64,000 nt of DNA from contig MQRK01225399.1 of assembly GCA_001938485.1 (NCBI GenBank), positions 28,758 through 92,757 on the forward strand. Direction: 5' to 3'. Origin of the DNA: Girardia tigrina (Eukaryota). The notes below the pieces were generated by a model that saw only the letters and a list, made by a program, of their open reading frames with translations, ran no database searches and had not been told where the DNA came from. This document shows, in pieces, positions 39,683 through 51,814 of the stretch. Position 1 is the stretch's first letter; each line of letters starts with the position of its first letter. The position numbers were made by a program, and so were the translations under genes.

Positions 39683-40127
39683 TATTAGGAATACCAATAT
39701 GACTCTTAATATTTTTATTAACATAACAAGTTTGATTGTCCACAGGACAATCTTTATCAAAGCTTTCGTACGATTGCATTCGTCTAATTAATTAATGAAT
39801 TTATTCTTATTTTCTGAGTAAATGAAAAATTACAGAAATTGTTAAAATATTTATTCAAAATTTTATTGGTTAAAAATTAAAATAATTGTTAATTATTAGA
39901 AAATATTAATTTAATTTATTGATTTAAAAATTGTAAATAAAATTAATTAAGTTATTTAAAATTTTATTTATTTTAAATTAGAAATAACATTACATAAATT
40001 AAACATTACATATTTTCAGATAATAAGAATTAAAATATTAATCATCCATCTGGGTAGGAGAGACACATTTCCAAATCAACATACACATTCAAACACAAAA
40101 CATCAAACATTCAAAATATTCCTCACA
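39683..40127 (-). mobile_element. Solo LTR nested in inverted orientation in another solo LTR
   Basis: Ends AATATTCCTCACA (reverse complement TGTGAGGAATATT); core CCATCTGGGTAGGAGAG; host LTR sequence resumes at 40128. Confidence 0.75.
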
Positions 40128-40244
40128 CAGTGGTTGAATATTCGAACATAATTAAAATAATAATTTGATAAGTTTATATTTTTAAAATTAACAATTATAA
40201 TTAAGTTTAATATTTTTTTAATATTATTATTAATAAAAAAATTT

Positions 40245-40910
40245 TTTTATAAAAACAACCACGTTTTTCAAGCATTACCAATGCACTAAAAAGAGGAAAA
40301 TAATTTTTTTCTAGACATGTGAGAAATTTTATACCTAANNNNNNNNNNNNNNNNNNNNNNNNNNNNNNNNNNNNNNNNNNNNNNNNNNTTTAGTAACAAT
40401 CGATCATTTCTATGCCCCACGTTTTTGGTTAGGTATAAAATTTCTCACATGTCTAGAAAAGAAATTATTTTCCTCTTTTTAGTGCATTGGTAATGCTTGA
40501 AAAACGTAGTTGTTTTTATAAAAAAATTTTTTTATTAATAATATTATTTAACTATTTTTAGTTATCATTTAGGAATTTTTATTTCAAAATTTTTTTTATC
40601 AAATTGTATTGTCATCGGAAGCAAGCCTGTATAAAACTTCATTCATGAAAATAAACGAAAAGATTGCTATTTAATACAGTGTATAAATTTGTAGATAATC
40701 GTAAATGGTTTTTTGCAAAAAAATTAGAAAAAAATATGTTTTTTCAAATTTTTTTATCAAATTGTATTGTCATCGGAAGCAAGCCTGTATAAAAAAATTC
40801 AGCTCAATTGGATGACTGAAAGTGGTCGAAAAATCAATTGCAAGATTTGTTCCAGACAGACAAACAGACAAACAGACAAGAAAGCAAGCTAATAAAAACG
40901 TGGTAAAAAA
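40245..40910. mobile_element. Helentron-associated (HINE/DINE-1-like) non-autonomous element
   Basis: Sub-TIR ACCACGTTTTT / AAAAACGTGGT, (GACA/AACA)n microsatellite near the right end, T/A-run ends, and an internal direct repeat (40580-40635/40740-40795). Confidence 0.55.
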
Positions 40911-42107
40911 GTAAAGTATTTCATTAGATTTAAATAAAACTAATAGAATTTAAATTAAATTCGTTTTTAACAATTTTATAATTTTTTTATTATTTTGAGT
41001 TTTTATAGAGAAATGGTTAAAATGATTAATTTTAACTATTAATTTTCGAAATTAAATATTTTAAAAATATTTAGAAAAATTGTTCAAATAATCATTATTA
41101 AAAATAGAAAATAAAGAAAACAATTAGAGCGATGTTAAACGGTGAACGATCTTCCGAGAGTTGTGATAACTCTAGATTTGATAGTAATAAGTCTTCGAAA
41201 GAAAATTCTATCAATATTCATAACAGAAATGAACTCAACCTCCAAAAATATAATGGTCCGAACAAATAAATACTCCTTAATTATAAACATCTAAAACTTA
41301 GCTCAATATTGACCAACATAATACTCGAGGGAGGACAAAGACTCTGAAGTAAATTGATGAAACAATTAAATAATAAATATGAATAAATTTTGAAACTTAA
41401 TAATTTATGTTATTATTTTTTATTTACATTTTTAAAAATGTTCATTTTGCAAAACAGATATCAATTTATCATTCAAATATTTTGAATACTTTTTATAAAT
41501 TTCGTTCTATTTTAAAATTTAATTTAATATGTATCAATTTTTATATGAAAATATTAAATAAGTTTTCAAAAGTAACGAAAAAAGGATTTTAAGGTTTCTG
41601 AATTCTCACGAAATTTGCTGAAATATCATATGGGATAATAAAACAATATGGATTGTTTAAAAAGATTAAAGAAGAATCGGTGTTATAACAAATACTCCCT
41701 TCTGTAAGTATGTAAATAAATAAATAAATATATGAAAATAAATTTTAAAAAATCTTCCATCAAATCTTCTATTATTGTATTGTACAATATTATTTAAAAA
41801 AATAAAAAATCAATTCCAAATTTTGAGGAATGTTTTAATTTGTATGAATTGTATTGTATGTGAATGTGTTGATACTGTTTGATGATTTGAGAACGTTGAA
41901 CAATTTTAAAGTTCTGTGTTCACATTTTGCAAATTATTGGGAGAGATTTATGTGTGAGGCTTTATAAATCAGGACCCACAATCCTAAAATAAAGGTTCAA
42001 GCAACAATCTCAACCAATTTATTAAAGGTATTTAATTAAATATCGATTACACAATTTGGTTACATAATCACTGCTTATATATATACGTTGTTTTGATCAT
42101 TATTTGT

Positions 42108-42163
42108 TTTGTCTGACGATTACGGGTGATCTGTCGAAATTAATAACATTTTTTGAAAATAAA
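42108..42163 (+). ncRNA. Degenerate minimal hammerhead ribozyme (PLE pLTR-type)
   Basis: CTGACGA-T-tACGGG tga TCTGTC-GAAA-TTAA-TA; stem III palindrome ATTAAT; TATA upstream, AATAAA downstream. G10.1 is mutated and stem I is short. Confidence 0.5.
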
Positions 42164-42779
42164 ACTTTGGAAAATGTTTTTTTCTCAAAATTTTTGCAGC
42201 TGTTATAGATATAAATAGCTGTTATAGATGTAAATACGATTGCTGCATTTACGGAGCCTAAATTTAATAATCAATATATCTTCGCACATTCCATGCAATT
42301 ACCTGTAACAATAGGATTAAATTATGTTAAGGATTTACTGGAAAAGATCCTTATAATATCAATTCTAAAACCTTATAAATTAATAACAGAAGCAACGTGC
42401 AGCATAAAATATGTTTCTGCATTTTAATATTAAATTGGGTTCATCAGCTTTTGAATAAAACAACTCAACAAGCTGAACATTCGAAGGAGTAGCAAAAATG
42501 TTTTTCAGAAATGACTTTTGACTTAAAAATGCATTATCCAATAAATAAAACTCTGGATACCCCAATGGACATTGCCACTCTTTTGAATCCATGATTCAAA
42601 AGTCTTTCATTCTTTGAGGGGGAACAAAAAGCCGGATAATTAATAATTTTCAACATTCTACTACAACAACAGAATCTTGAAATAATACATAAAAGTAATG
42701 TAAGTGATAATTTTGAAGAAATCGAGTTCTCAATTAAGTTTACGAAACTCATACCCATGAAAGAGTTGATATCAAAAAT

Positions 42780-43070
42780 TACTGGAAAAACAAACACCAC
42801 GAATAATTCCGAAAGTGTAACCTTTATTATATATAAATCAACTGAAGTATTACCTTATGCAGCCGCAGAATCAAAATGGCCAAGATACAAACTTATGGTG
42901 GCTCGAAAATACTAATCGTTTCATGATTATTGCATCTTATGTCAGAAAATATTTATTTATACCGGCTACCAGTGTTCCTTCTGAACGCATATTTTCAGTA
43001 ACAGGAAATGCCGTAACAACGCAGCGGATGTGTTTTATATCTATGATTGTCGAAAAGCTCACCTTTTAAA
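42780..43070 (+). mobile_element. hAT transposase C-terminal (dimerisation) remnant
   Basis: LWWLEN...RKYLFIPATSVPSERIFS. Confidence 0.85.
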
Positions 43071-46000
43071 CTGTAATTTGTAATAAAAATGTGTTTGCCA
43101 CCTTATGTTTAATTGTATTATTACTATTATAATTTTATTATTATTTTTAATATTATTATATTTGTATAATTATGCTATAATTAAATAAATTTCATGTGCA
43201 ATGTTTCTTAAAAATAAAAAAATATTTAATATTTTGATTAAATAACAGTTTTTTGTTTAAAGAATTTCAAGGTCGGTGTACAGTGTACTACCAGCTCAAA
43301 TTTGATAAATATTTTTAAAAAAGATTTAGGAAAATTGTTCGAATAATCATTATTAAAAATATAGACATAAAAACCAATTAGAATGATGTCAAACTGTGAA
43401 CGATCGTCCAAGGGTTGTGACGACTCTAAATTTGATAATAATAATTGTCTCAATGTTCTTAACCCAAAAAACCTATTTATAATCAAAAAAATGTTTTATT
43501 TGTATTTAATCCATACGAAAGTTATCAGCAACTTCATATAAATATTCTAACATTTCTCTATTTTTAAAGCCAATAATGACCTTCCTCAATCAAATACCAA
43601 ATAGAAGCAAATTGTAAATATTATTCGTACATGGAACAGCGCTTCTGATAAGACAGTCATTGTAGCTAAGCTTGGTCACACTAAATTTTGTTGTTTTGAA
43701 ACTGAATATGGTGATTGATATTTTTGATGTGTTTTTGTGATGGTGCATGTCTTAAATATATAAATAAATAAATAAGTTTTTGATTAATAATATGTTCTGA
43801 TGCTAGTGTTTTAATAATATGAAACGCAATGTATGTCCAATGATGAGTACACAATCAATTATGCACTTTTGGATATTTTGAGCAATTAATTCCAGCTATT
43901 AATGTGCACTTAAGTGACTCATCAACTTAGTAGAAAGTGTTTGCGTTAAACACAAATTAAAATATTGATTTTGCAATCAATCATTGGACATACAAAAACC
44001 GGATAATCCGGATTCGTGGGGACCAAAAAAATTAATCCGGATTATGCAATTTTGACTGTATTTTATTTTTGTCTATTTTCCCCATATTTATTTTGTTTAA
44101 ATTATCTTACAAAAACCCATAATTTCTATTTCAAATAATTTCTTTAAATAAAAAACGGACGAAAGAAAACCCCCAAAAGAATGCTGTTGGTTAATTTAAA
44201 CAAGAAAATAGAACCAATTAAAAGAGTTTCATTGAAAAAAAGCAAACAATGATTCTATTTTATGATAAAATATGCATATTTTATTAATTACATCAGAAAT
44301 TTTGTTTTTCTTATTTGAGACAAAAACAATAAAAAAACTTTACCCATCTTTTTATCGTGGATAAATGAGTGGATCATAAATTAGAAATATTTCAAGTAAG
44401 TAAAAGTGCTAATTGTTATTAATTTAAATTTATTATTATTATAAAATATTTTTTTGCATTTATTTGCAATTTTTTATTATTTGAATTTATTAATAATAAA
44501 TGTAGAAAAGAATTTTAAAAATATAAAAAATAATATATAAATTAAAAAAAATTTATAAATAATTTAAAAACATTTAATTATTTGTTATCTGTATTTTTGT
44601 TTTAATATTTTCAATTACTTAAATTACAAGAAATAAAAATTTGATATTTTGTATTAAAAAATATTTAATAATTAAATTTTATGATATTTAGTGAAAAAAA
44701 ATTTTTACAAAAAGAAAATGTCAAACTTATCACTTTTTTTCCATTTTACAAATCGGAAAAGTGTTATATTTTGAAAACAAGTATAAATTAAAAACAAATA
44801 ATAATGAAATCCGCGTTTGTTTTTTGAAAAAACATTTCCAGATATCAAGTTTTCCTGGGAAAAAAAACTCCCCATTTATGTGTGGAAAATATAAATAAAA
44901 TATATTAATATGGAAAATTCAAACAAGAAATGTCAAAAAAATAATATTTTTTTATAAAAATATGAATAACTTTTAATAAGAATTTTAAAAGAAATAAAAA
45001 AATATCTAATTAAATGAGAGAAAAATCTACCTAAATTAAAAATAATGAAAATTAAATAAAATAATATTATTTTTCTAATTAAAAGATAATTGATTTCTGA
45101 CGATAATTAAAACAACAAAAATATAATTCTGAAATATATAATTCTTCCAACATAAAACGTCAGTCATTTATTTATCAATCTTTAGGTAGACTATACATTT
45201 TATATTTTATTTTACTAAAAGAAAATTATTATTATATTTTTAAAAATAAATACAAAAAATTAAATATTTTAAAATTAATTATTATATATATATAATTAAA
45301 TTTTTTTTAATACTTTTTTTTCGTTATATTTAAATTTATTTTTTCAAAATCATATTTTCCGTTTTTTTTAAATCAAAAAAATAAAAAATTAAAATTCGTT
45401 TCAATATTTCAATTTTTATTTAAATATTATTCAAATTAAAATCCATTCATAATGAAACAATTGAAAAGAATTTTAATTTTTTTTAAAGAACTGCAAATTA
45501 GAAAAAAATAAGGCAGAAAAAACAATCAATTGACACAAATGTTGATAAAATTAAAAAGAAACAAATAAAAAATTATTTTTCAGTTTTTATTAATGAAACA
45601 TTTGTGTTCACAATTTGATAATTACTGGGAGAGGGTGATGTGTGAGGCATTGTTGATCAAATCTTTGACTTTTAAACATTTAAAGTATATTTTATTTTAC
45701 TATTAAAATTTAAATGTAATCTTTCAAAAATTAAAAAATACAATTGGTATTTTTAGATTGAGTATTTATCTCCATACTCTAAATAAAAAGACGTCGATAC
45801 TCACGAAATTTTTAAAAATCCACTAGGTAAAAACTTGTATTTAAATTAATTTTCTTTTTAGAATTTTTTAATTTCGATTTTAATTCAAAATTTAAAATTT
45901 TTTTTGATTGAAAAAATAGCGATAAAAATCTTCTACAAATATTAAAATAAAAATCAATTATTTCCATTTATATTTTTAATCGATTTGAAGTTTAATTAAT

Positions 46001-47029
46001 GGTTGATATTAGGTTTCAAACGGTTCTCTCTATAAATATTTAACCCTTTCATCGCAAGTAATCGAAAAATATTAACGGCGAAAAAATAGAAAATTTATTA
46101 TCATAAAACAACTAATCAAAGGTATTGCAGAAAATTTTTGGATGATTAACCGAATCAATGGCGTATATTCACTAATTTTTAACTATGATTAAAATGAATA
46201 ATTTAACAATTGATAATTTGGCGAGTGCAATGTTCAGCACCAACTTCCGTCGTTGGAACGGGAAGAAAAAAGAAACTGATCGAACATAAAGTATACTGAC
46301 ACATAACACGTAAACACTATCCGAATCGGAAGAATAGAGATATCTATCCGCATAATCGTTGAGATGGATACTCGCGTATTGTCTGGGCATATTTGAGTTG
46401 ATGATTGAGAGTTTGTTGTTGTTGCTGACTGTAATTCTGGTTTGTGTCATGGTTAATTCCGTTTTTTATTCTGTTCGCCAATTTGTTTCAGTTAAACAAA
46501 AACATTAATTCTGTTCATTTATTTAATTTCATGAATTTTTATTTAAATTGATTTTTGTAATTTGGTTTCGTGTTTTTTTGAACACCACAGATGAGTAAGT
46601 TAATTTTTACTGTGTAAATTAAAAATCAATTATTGTGAAGATCTTTGATAAAATCTGTGTTGCTTATCAGAGGAAAGACTGAAATTTTTGTAAATTATGG
46701 TAGTAGTGTTGTTGTTTTAGTTGAATAATGAAATTGCTACTGCATTCTCTACACTTTGTTGAGGGTTTTGAGAGATGAGCTGATGAAAAATTGATTGCAC
46801 AATCACTAGCTGCACTGCACAAGTAAATCTCGTTTGAAAAATCTGTCAGTTGTATTCAAATTCGTTCATAAAATACGTAAAGTTTTATCGATTTTTATGT
46901 TTTTTCATTTCAATTTTAAAATGCGATATAAAATTTTCCGAACGAAAAACAAAACGGCTGCTTCACAACTTTGAGTTCCTGGAGTTCCGCTATCTCATTG
47001 TGGTATATCTGCAATCAGCTCCATTGTCA

Positions 47030-47400
47030 AAATAAAAACATTTCATTTTCTTTCTTTTTTGTACAAACCTTCGCCACATCTCTCATACACTCCGTGATCA
47101 GTCCGCTCGATTCTTTTAAATCGTCTGTCCATACTTTATTTGGTCTTTCTCCCTCCACTCTTCCCTCAATCATAACCTTTGCTAGTGCTTCTTTTCTTAT
47201 TCGATGTCCTGATAATTTCAGCTTCCTTCTCTTGATCGTCTCTTCTATTGATTCCGGTCTTTCACCCAGTACTTCTGTCACTCTCCTCCACACAAAGTTG
47301 TTTGTCTTCTTTTCTTTCCACGTGATCTTCAGCATTCTCCTGTAGCACTTCCTTTCAAACGCTCTTCTGATCGATTGTCCGACTCTCGCATCCACAGAGA
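47030..47400 (-). mobile_element. RTE-clade LINE 3' fragment
   Basis: AFERKCYRRMLKITWKEKKTN...IKRRKLKLSGH...EGRVEG..RP...WTDDLK is a typical RTE ORF C-terminus. Confidence 0.85.
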
Positions 47401-47619
47401 GTGTTGCCTTAGTGATCTTTATTCGCTCTTGACATGGATACCAGTCCGGCTACTGATTGCTTCAGATTTTCAACTGTCTCATGGGAACTCGATCGATATT
47501 TGCGACGACAAAACATTGTAAGTCTGAATTATCCTTCATTCAAAAGAATTTCATCGAAAATTTGAAATTAGCGAAGTCAAATTTGATGTGCGTATTGAAA
47601 GATGAAAATTAAATTATGC

Positions 47620-48413
47620 CATCACTGATGAATATCTAACTTTTTTGATAATTTCTCAATCTGTCTCTGATAAATCTGAGATAAAGACTGATCTTGATCA
47701 TTGGATTTATCACCATTATCATCACAGACTGCTACCACTCGCTGACCTTTGATGTTTCATAAAATCTGTTACAAAGTATCGAGATTGGATATGATTAGTA
47801 ATCAAATGGTTATCATCATTTGTGGATGTAGCACAAGACAAGGCTTTGATATTGGAATTTGTTGTATTGCTATCTATATCATCTTTGTATGCTGAATTAA
47901 CTGAAATTGAATGATGAAGATTTATTTTAGGTGTTTCTTCGGCGACTGATTTTATTTCAAGTTCTGATTTTATTGATCAACCTCTAATTTGACAATTTCG
48001 TTTGGGTCATTGTCTTCATTAACAAATGATGAATTCGATTCTATCATATCGTTATTTATACTAGTGAAGTCGTCTGTTTCTTGGATTCCATGTCACTGTA
48101 AAATTTTTTTAACAGTACTTGACGTGTAATCACTGGATATAGACAAATGTGAATAGCGATTATTACCAAATAAAATACAATATTCTTTATCAATTACAAG
48201 TGGATCGTTTGTTCGAAAAGAAACATCATCTAATAAACCTGTTGAAGATAGTTCGATGACTTGATTATCTTTGCTATTTGTTTTGAATTTAATTTCAAAA
48301 TCAACGGATTCAATATTTTTATTTTCAGGATTTAATATTTTATTTTCAATGTCGTGACAGCATTTTTGAAACTGAGAAGTAGTTAAACTACCGTAGGTTT
48401 TTATTTTTGACAT
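47620..48413 (-). pseudogene. Frame-broken coding region of unknown host protein
   Basis: 106-aa ORF continues past TGA and across apparent frameshifts with coding-like S/N/D-rich sequence to ~47620. Confidence 0.4.
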
Positions 48414-49471
48414 ATCTTATTTCTTTATTAGTAATAAGATTGTTGGTTTTTACACAATTGAAAATCACAAATCGGAAAAAATTGAACTGAAGTTTCGTTG
48501 ACAAATTTTATACTAGTTACGAAAATAAATTTTAAAATTTTCGAATTGAATTGTAATCAAAAATTGAGGGATATGTAATTTTTTTATTAAATTTTAATTT
48601 TTTTGGTAATTGAATAATCACAAAAAATCAATTTTACACACAAACCACTCTGCCAATCAATTTCCTTTTTCCTCTTTCCAACACGCCAAACCAATACATA
48701 CGCTATTCACGTACACACAGAAATTTATCGAATCTAATTGGTCGGTTCAAATGGACAATTAAAAAAATGTGAATTGAATTTTAATCACTTTAAATTCGTA
48801 AATAACTAGTTAATCACAATGAAATGAGAATTAATTTACGAAGAAGATTGGTAAATAAATTAAACGTAAAATTATGCCATCACAAAACCATATAAAACGT
48901 GATGGTTTTATAACAATATTCAGTATAAATCTTTCCATACTGAACTTTCCAAATTATGTTGGTATGTGCCACAAATAATTTGAATAATTTAAATTTAATT
49001 TATTTGCTTTTTAATTACTTAATTTACTTGATAATTTCTTTCTTTTACTTTTATTTAAATCATTTTTTTTATTTTTACTTTAATTATTTCTTATTTTATA
49101 TTTAATTTAAAAAATTTTAATTTATTTAATATTTTAATTTGAATTGGGTTCAAGTAAGGGCCAAAGGTAATCACAGCACGAACACTCACTTTTTCCTTTT
49201 TGTGTTAATCTTCCAGCCAATGTGCAATTAATAATTGAGAACTTCAATTGTTAATCATTGAATCAGAAAATATTGACATGTATAATAAATTGTTCCATTT
49301 TCGTAATGAGTAAATCAATATTTACCTACTTCTATATTTTCCTTCTTGTTGCATCAGATGCCCGTTAAACGCAAATTTCAGCATAAATCTTTCCATACTG
49401 AACTTTACAAATTCTATTGGTATGTGCCACAATAATTTGAATAATTTCTTTGCTGGTGAAAATTGCTAAAT

Positions 49472-51814
49472 AAGAAAACTTGCATTTTATGATTTTGGCG
49501 AGAATTTTCTCAAAAAATATTTGTTGGTTTCCTTCATCAACTTGAATTCAAATTCTTCTACCCTTAGCTATTATAAAAACATAATTATTAGTAGTTAGTT
49601 AATTTTCTTTTCGGTGAAAACTTGTAATAAAAAGAAATGATTGTTATTAGAAAGTTGAAAATTTGTTTGAATTTGTTTAAAATAAAAATTATTATTTTGC
49701 TCTAATAAAAATTTTGAATAAAATGTTAATAAATCCTAATGAAATAATATCAACGCAACTTACAGCTATAATGTTTCATTCGAAAAGTTATCTATTTCTT
49801 CTCTTTCTTTGATTTCGTTGTCTTCGCTTAGATTCCTCGTCAATAAAAATTGTTCATCATTTTAATCAGATATATCGTCATTATTTTTGATTTTGTTCAC
49901 TTTTTCAATGATTATAATGAAAAAGAAATGGTTGAAAAATGTCATCTACGTGAGAATTAGCGAAGTCAAATTTGATGTGCGTATTGAAAGATGAAGTTTC
50001 TTGATTTACTAAAAAGATCGTCTTTGAAATTTTAAATGAATGAATGTTTAACGATCTTCCGAGACCAATTTAAAATAATAAAAACTATTACTCAATCCAT
50101 GTTTTAAAAGCATTTTCTAAAGTTACTTCAAGGCTGGTCAAATTTTTAATTTTCTAATAATTCTTAATCATAAAGTAACTTACATGTTAATTATTTACAC
50201 ATAAATGTGTGATGATTTAATTTATTACCTACACAAATCAAACACCCGGACCCTCATATCCAATGTCACTATGCCTCAACAAATACCGTATTTCCTCGAA
50301 TAAAGGTTTAATCGAGGGCGCCGTTTATTTAAATCAAGTCACTATGTAATCACAAAAATTGTTTTAATCGTTATTATTTTAAATTGAGATGTTCATTTTT
50401 AATGAGATTTTATCATTTAAAATTTAGATTTCTTACAAGAAAGTTATTAAATTGTCTAATTGGTAAAGCTTTGTTTAGTTAAAAGAGACTTTTAAATTGA
50501 TTATAAAAATATTTTAATCAAGGAATTAAAAATCAAAATGAAATATTTTAATAAAATGTTTAAATAATAAATATTTATTCAATAAAAAATTTTAAAACCC
50601 CATGATAAAAAAGACTTATTCAATTGACTTCAAGATAAAAGCTGTTCAATCGGCAAGTGGTATCGTAAATAGACCAGCTGGAAAACAATTGAATGTATCC
50701 GAGAGTAGAATTAGGGAATGGAAGCAGCAGTTTGATGATGGCAAGTTTTCTTCTAATAAGTCTTTCAGCAATTCTACTACTATTTTGCAACGAAAACGTG
50801 TACATGGAGGTGGAAGAAAACCCTTGAATAGAAATTTGGAAGAAGATTTACTGAAGTGGATTTTTTTACCACAAAAAAGGTGTATTAGAGTAACGCTTGT
50901 ATCTGTTACACTAAAAGCTATTTCGATATCTAATGATCCAATATTCAATATAAGATATGTATGGATTGATAATTTTCATACCATGAATGACCCAGTCTAC
51001 AGGAAAAAAACTACGTCAGCCCAAGTAGTTCCAGCAGATTTCAAAATGGTTGAGTGGGTCAAATTATGCATGTTGTCGGGAACCAAATGATGTAATAATA
51101 AAGTCATTCTCTGTATGTGGAATTACTTCATCTGATTTGAATGAGGTTTTTTTTTAAATCAAACGTCTTTCACAAAAATGAGGATTTAACTACAAATGAA
51201 GGCGCAGATATAGATGTTGATGAATGTGGTAAAATGGCAGAAACTGATGAAAAAATGAAAACGAAATTATAATTGAATAAATTTTTAAATAAAATAATGA
51301 TAAAAGAAGTTTTTTTTAAAATTTAATTAAATTAAAATGTATTTTATTCATTGGCTTGCGCTGACTAATCAAGGGCGCCGTTTATTTAAATGTAAGGTTT
51401 TTGTAAGCGCCGTTTAATCAAGGAAATTCGGTATCTATATATTATATCTTCTGTAAAATATTTTTCTATCATCAATTACTATAGTTACTATTACTGTACT
51501 AGATACAAATAATAAATTTTAGTATCGTCGATATCATTTTCAATATTTAAATTATGAGTCATAATTGTCAAAAAAAATTTATTAGCGCAGACTAATAATT
51601 TTTATTTTAAACAAATTCAAACAAATTTTCAACTTTCTAATAACAATCATTTCTTTTTATTAAAAGTTGTCACCGAAAAGAAAATTAACTAACTACTAAT
51701 AATTATGTTTTTATAATAGCTAAGGATAGAAGAATTTAAATTCAAGTTGATGAATTAAACCAACAAATATTTTTTGTGAAAATTTTTGCTATATCATAAA
51801 ATGTAAGTTTTCTT
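49472..51814. repeat. ~240-bp inverted duplication (49472-49712 vs 51575-51814)
   Basis: Near-identical reverse-complement blocks, e.g. AGAAAGTTGAAAATTTGTTTGAATTTGTTTAAAATAAAAATTATTA. Confidence 0.9.
50286..51431 (+). mobile_element. pogo-like internally deleted transposon
   Basis: TIR CCGTATTTCCTCGAATAAA / TTTAATCAAGGAAATTCGG with TA TSD; ORF 50602-51090 has Brinker/psq-like and CENP-B HTH motifs (YSIDFKIKAV, GGGRKP..LEEDLLKWI); DDE core deleted. Confidence 0.88.

Larger units (their letters stand above)
39572..41225 (+). mobile_element. Solo LTR (TGT...ACA) split by two nested insertions
   Basis: TGTGAGGAATATT ... AATATTCATAACA; perfect 5-bp TSD GAAAT (39567-39571, 41226-41230). Confidence 0.8.
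41822..43464 (+). mobile_element. Solo LTR expanded by nested insertions (second LTR-like repeat, PLE pLTR, hAT remnant)
   Basis: 5' TTTGAGGAATG; 3' part 43295-43464 is collinear with 41040-41225; TSD CAAAT/CAAAA. Confidence 0.6.

Noticed and set aside
47310-47340. CTGAAGA...GAAA hammerhead-like motif on the minus strand
   Set aside because: No stems; it lies within RTE coding sequence.
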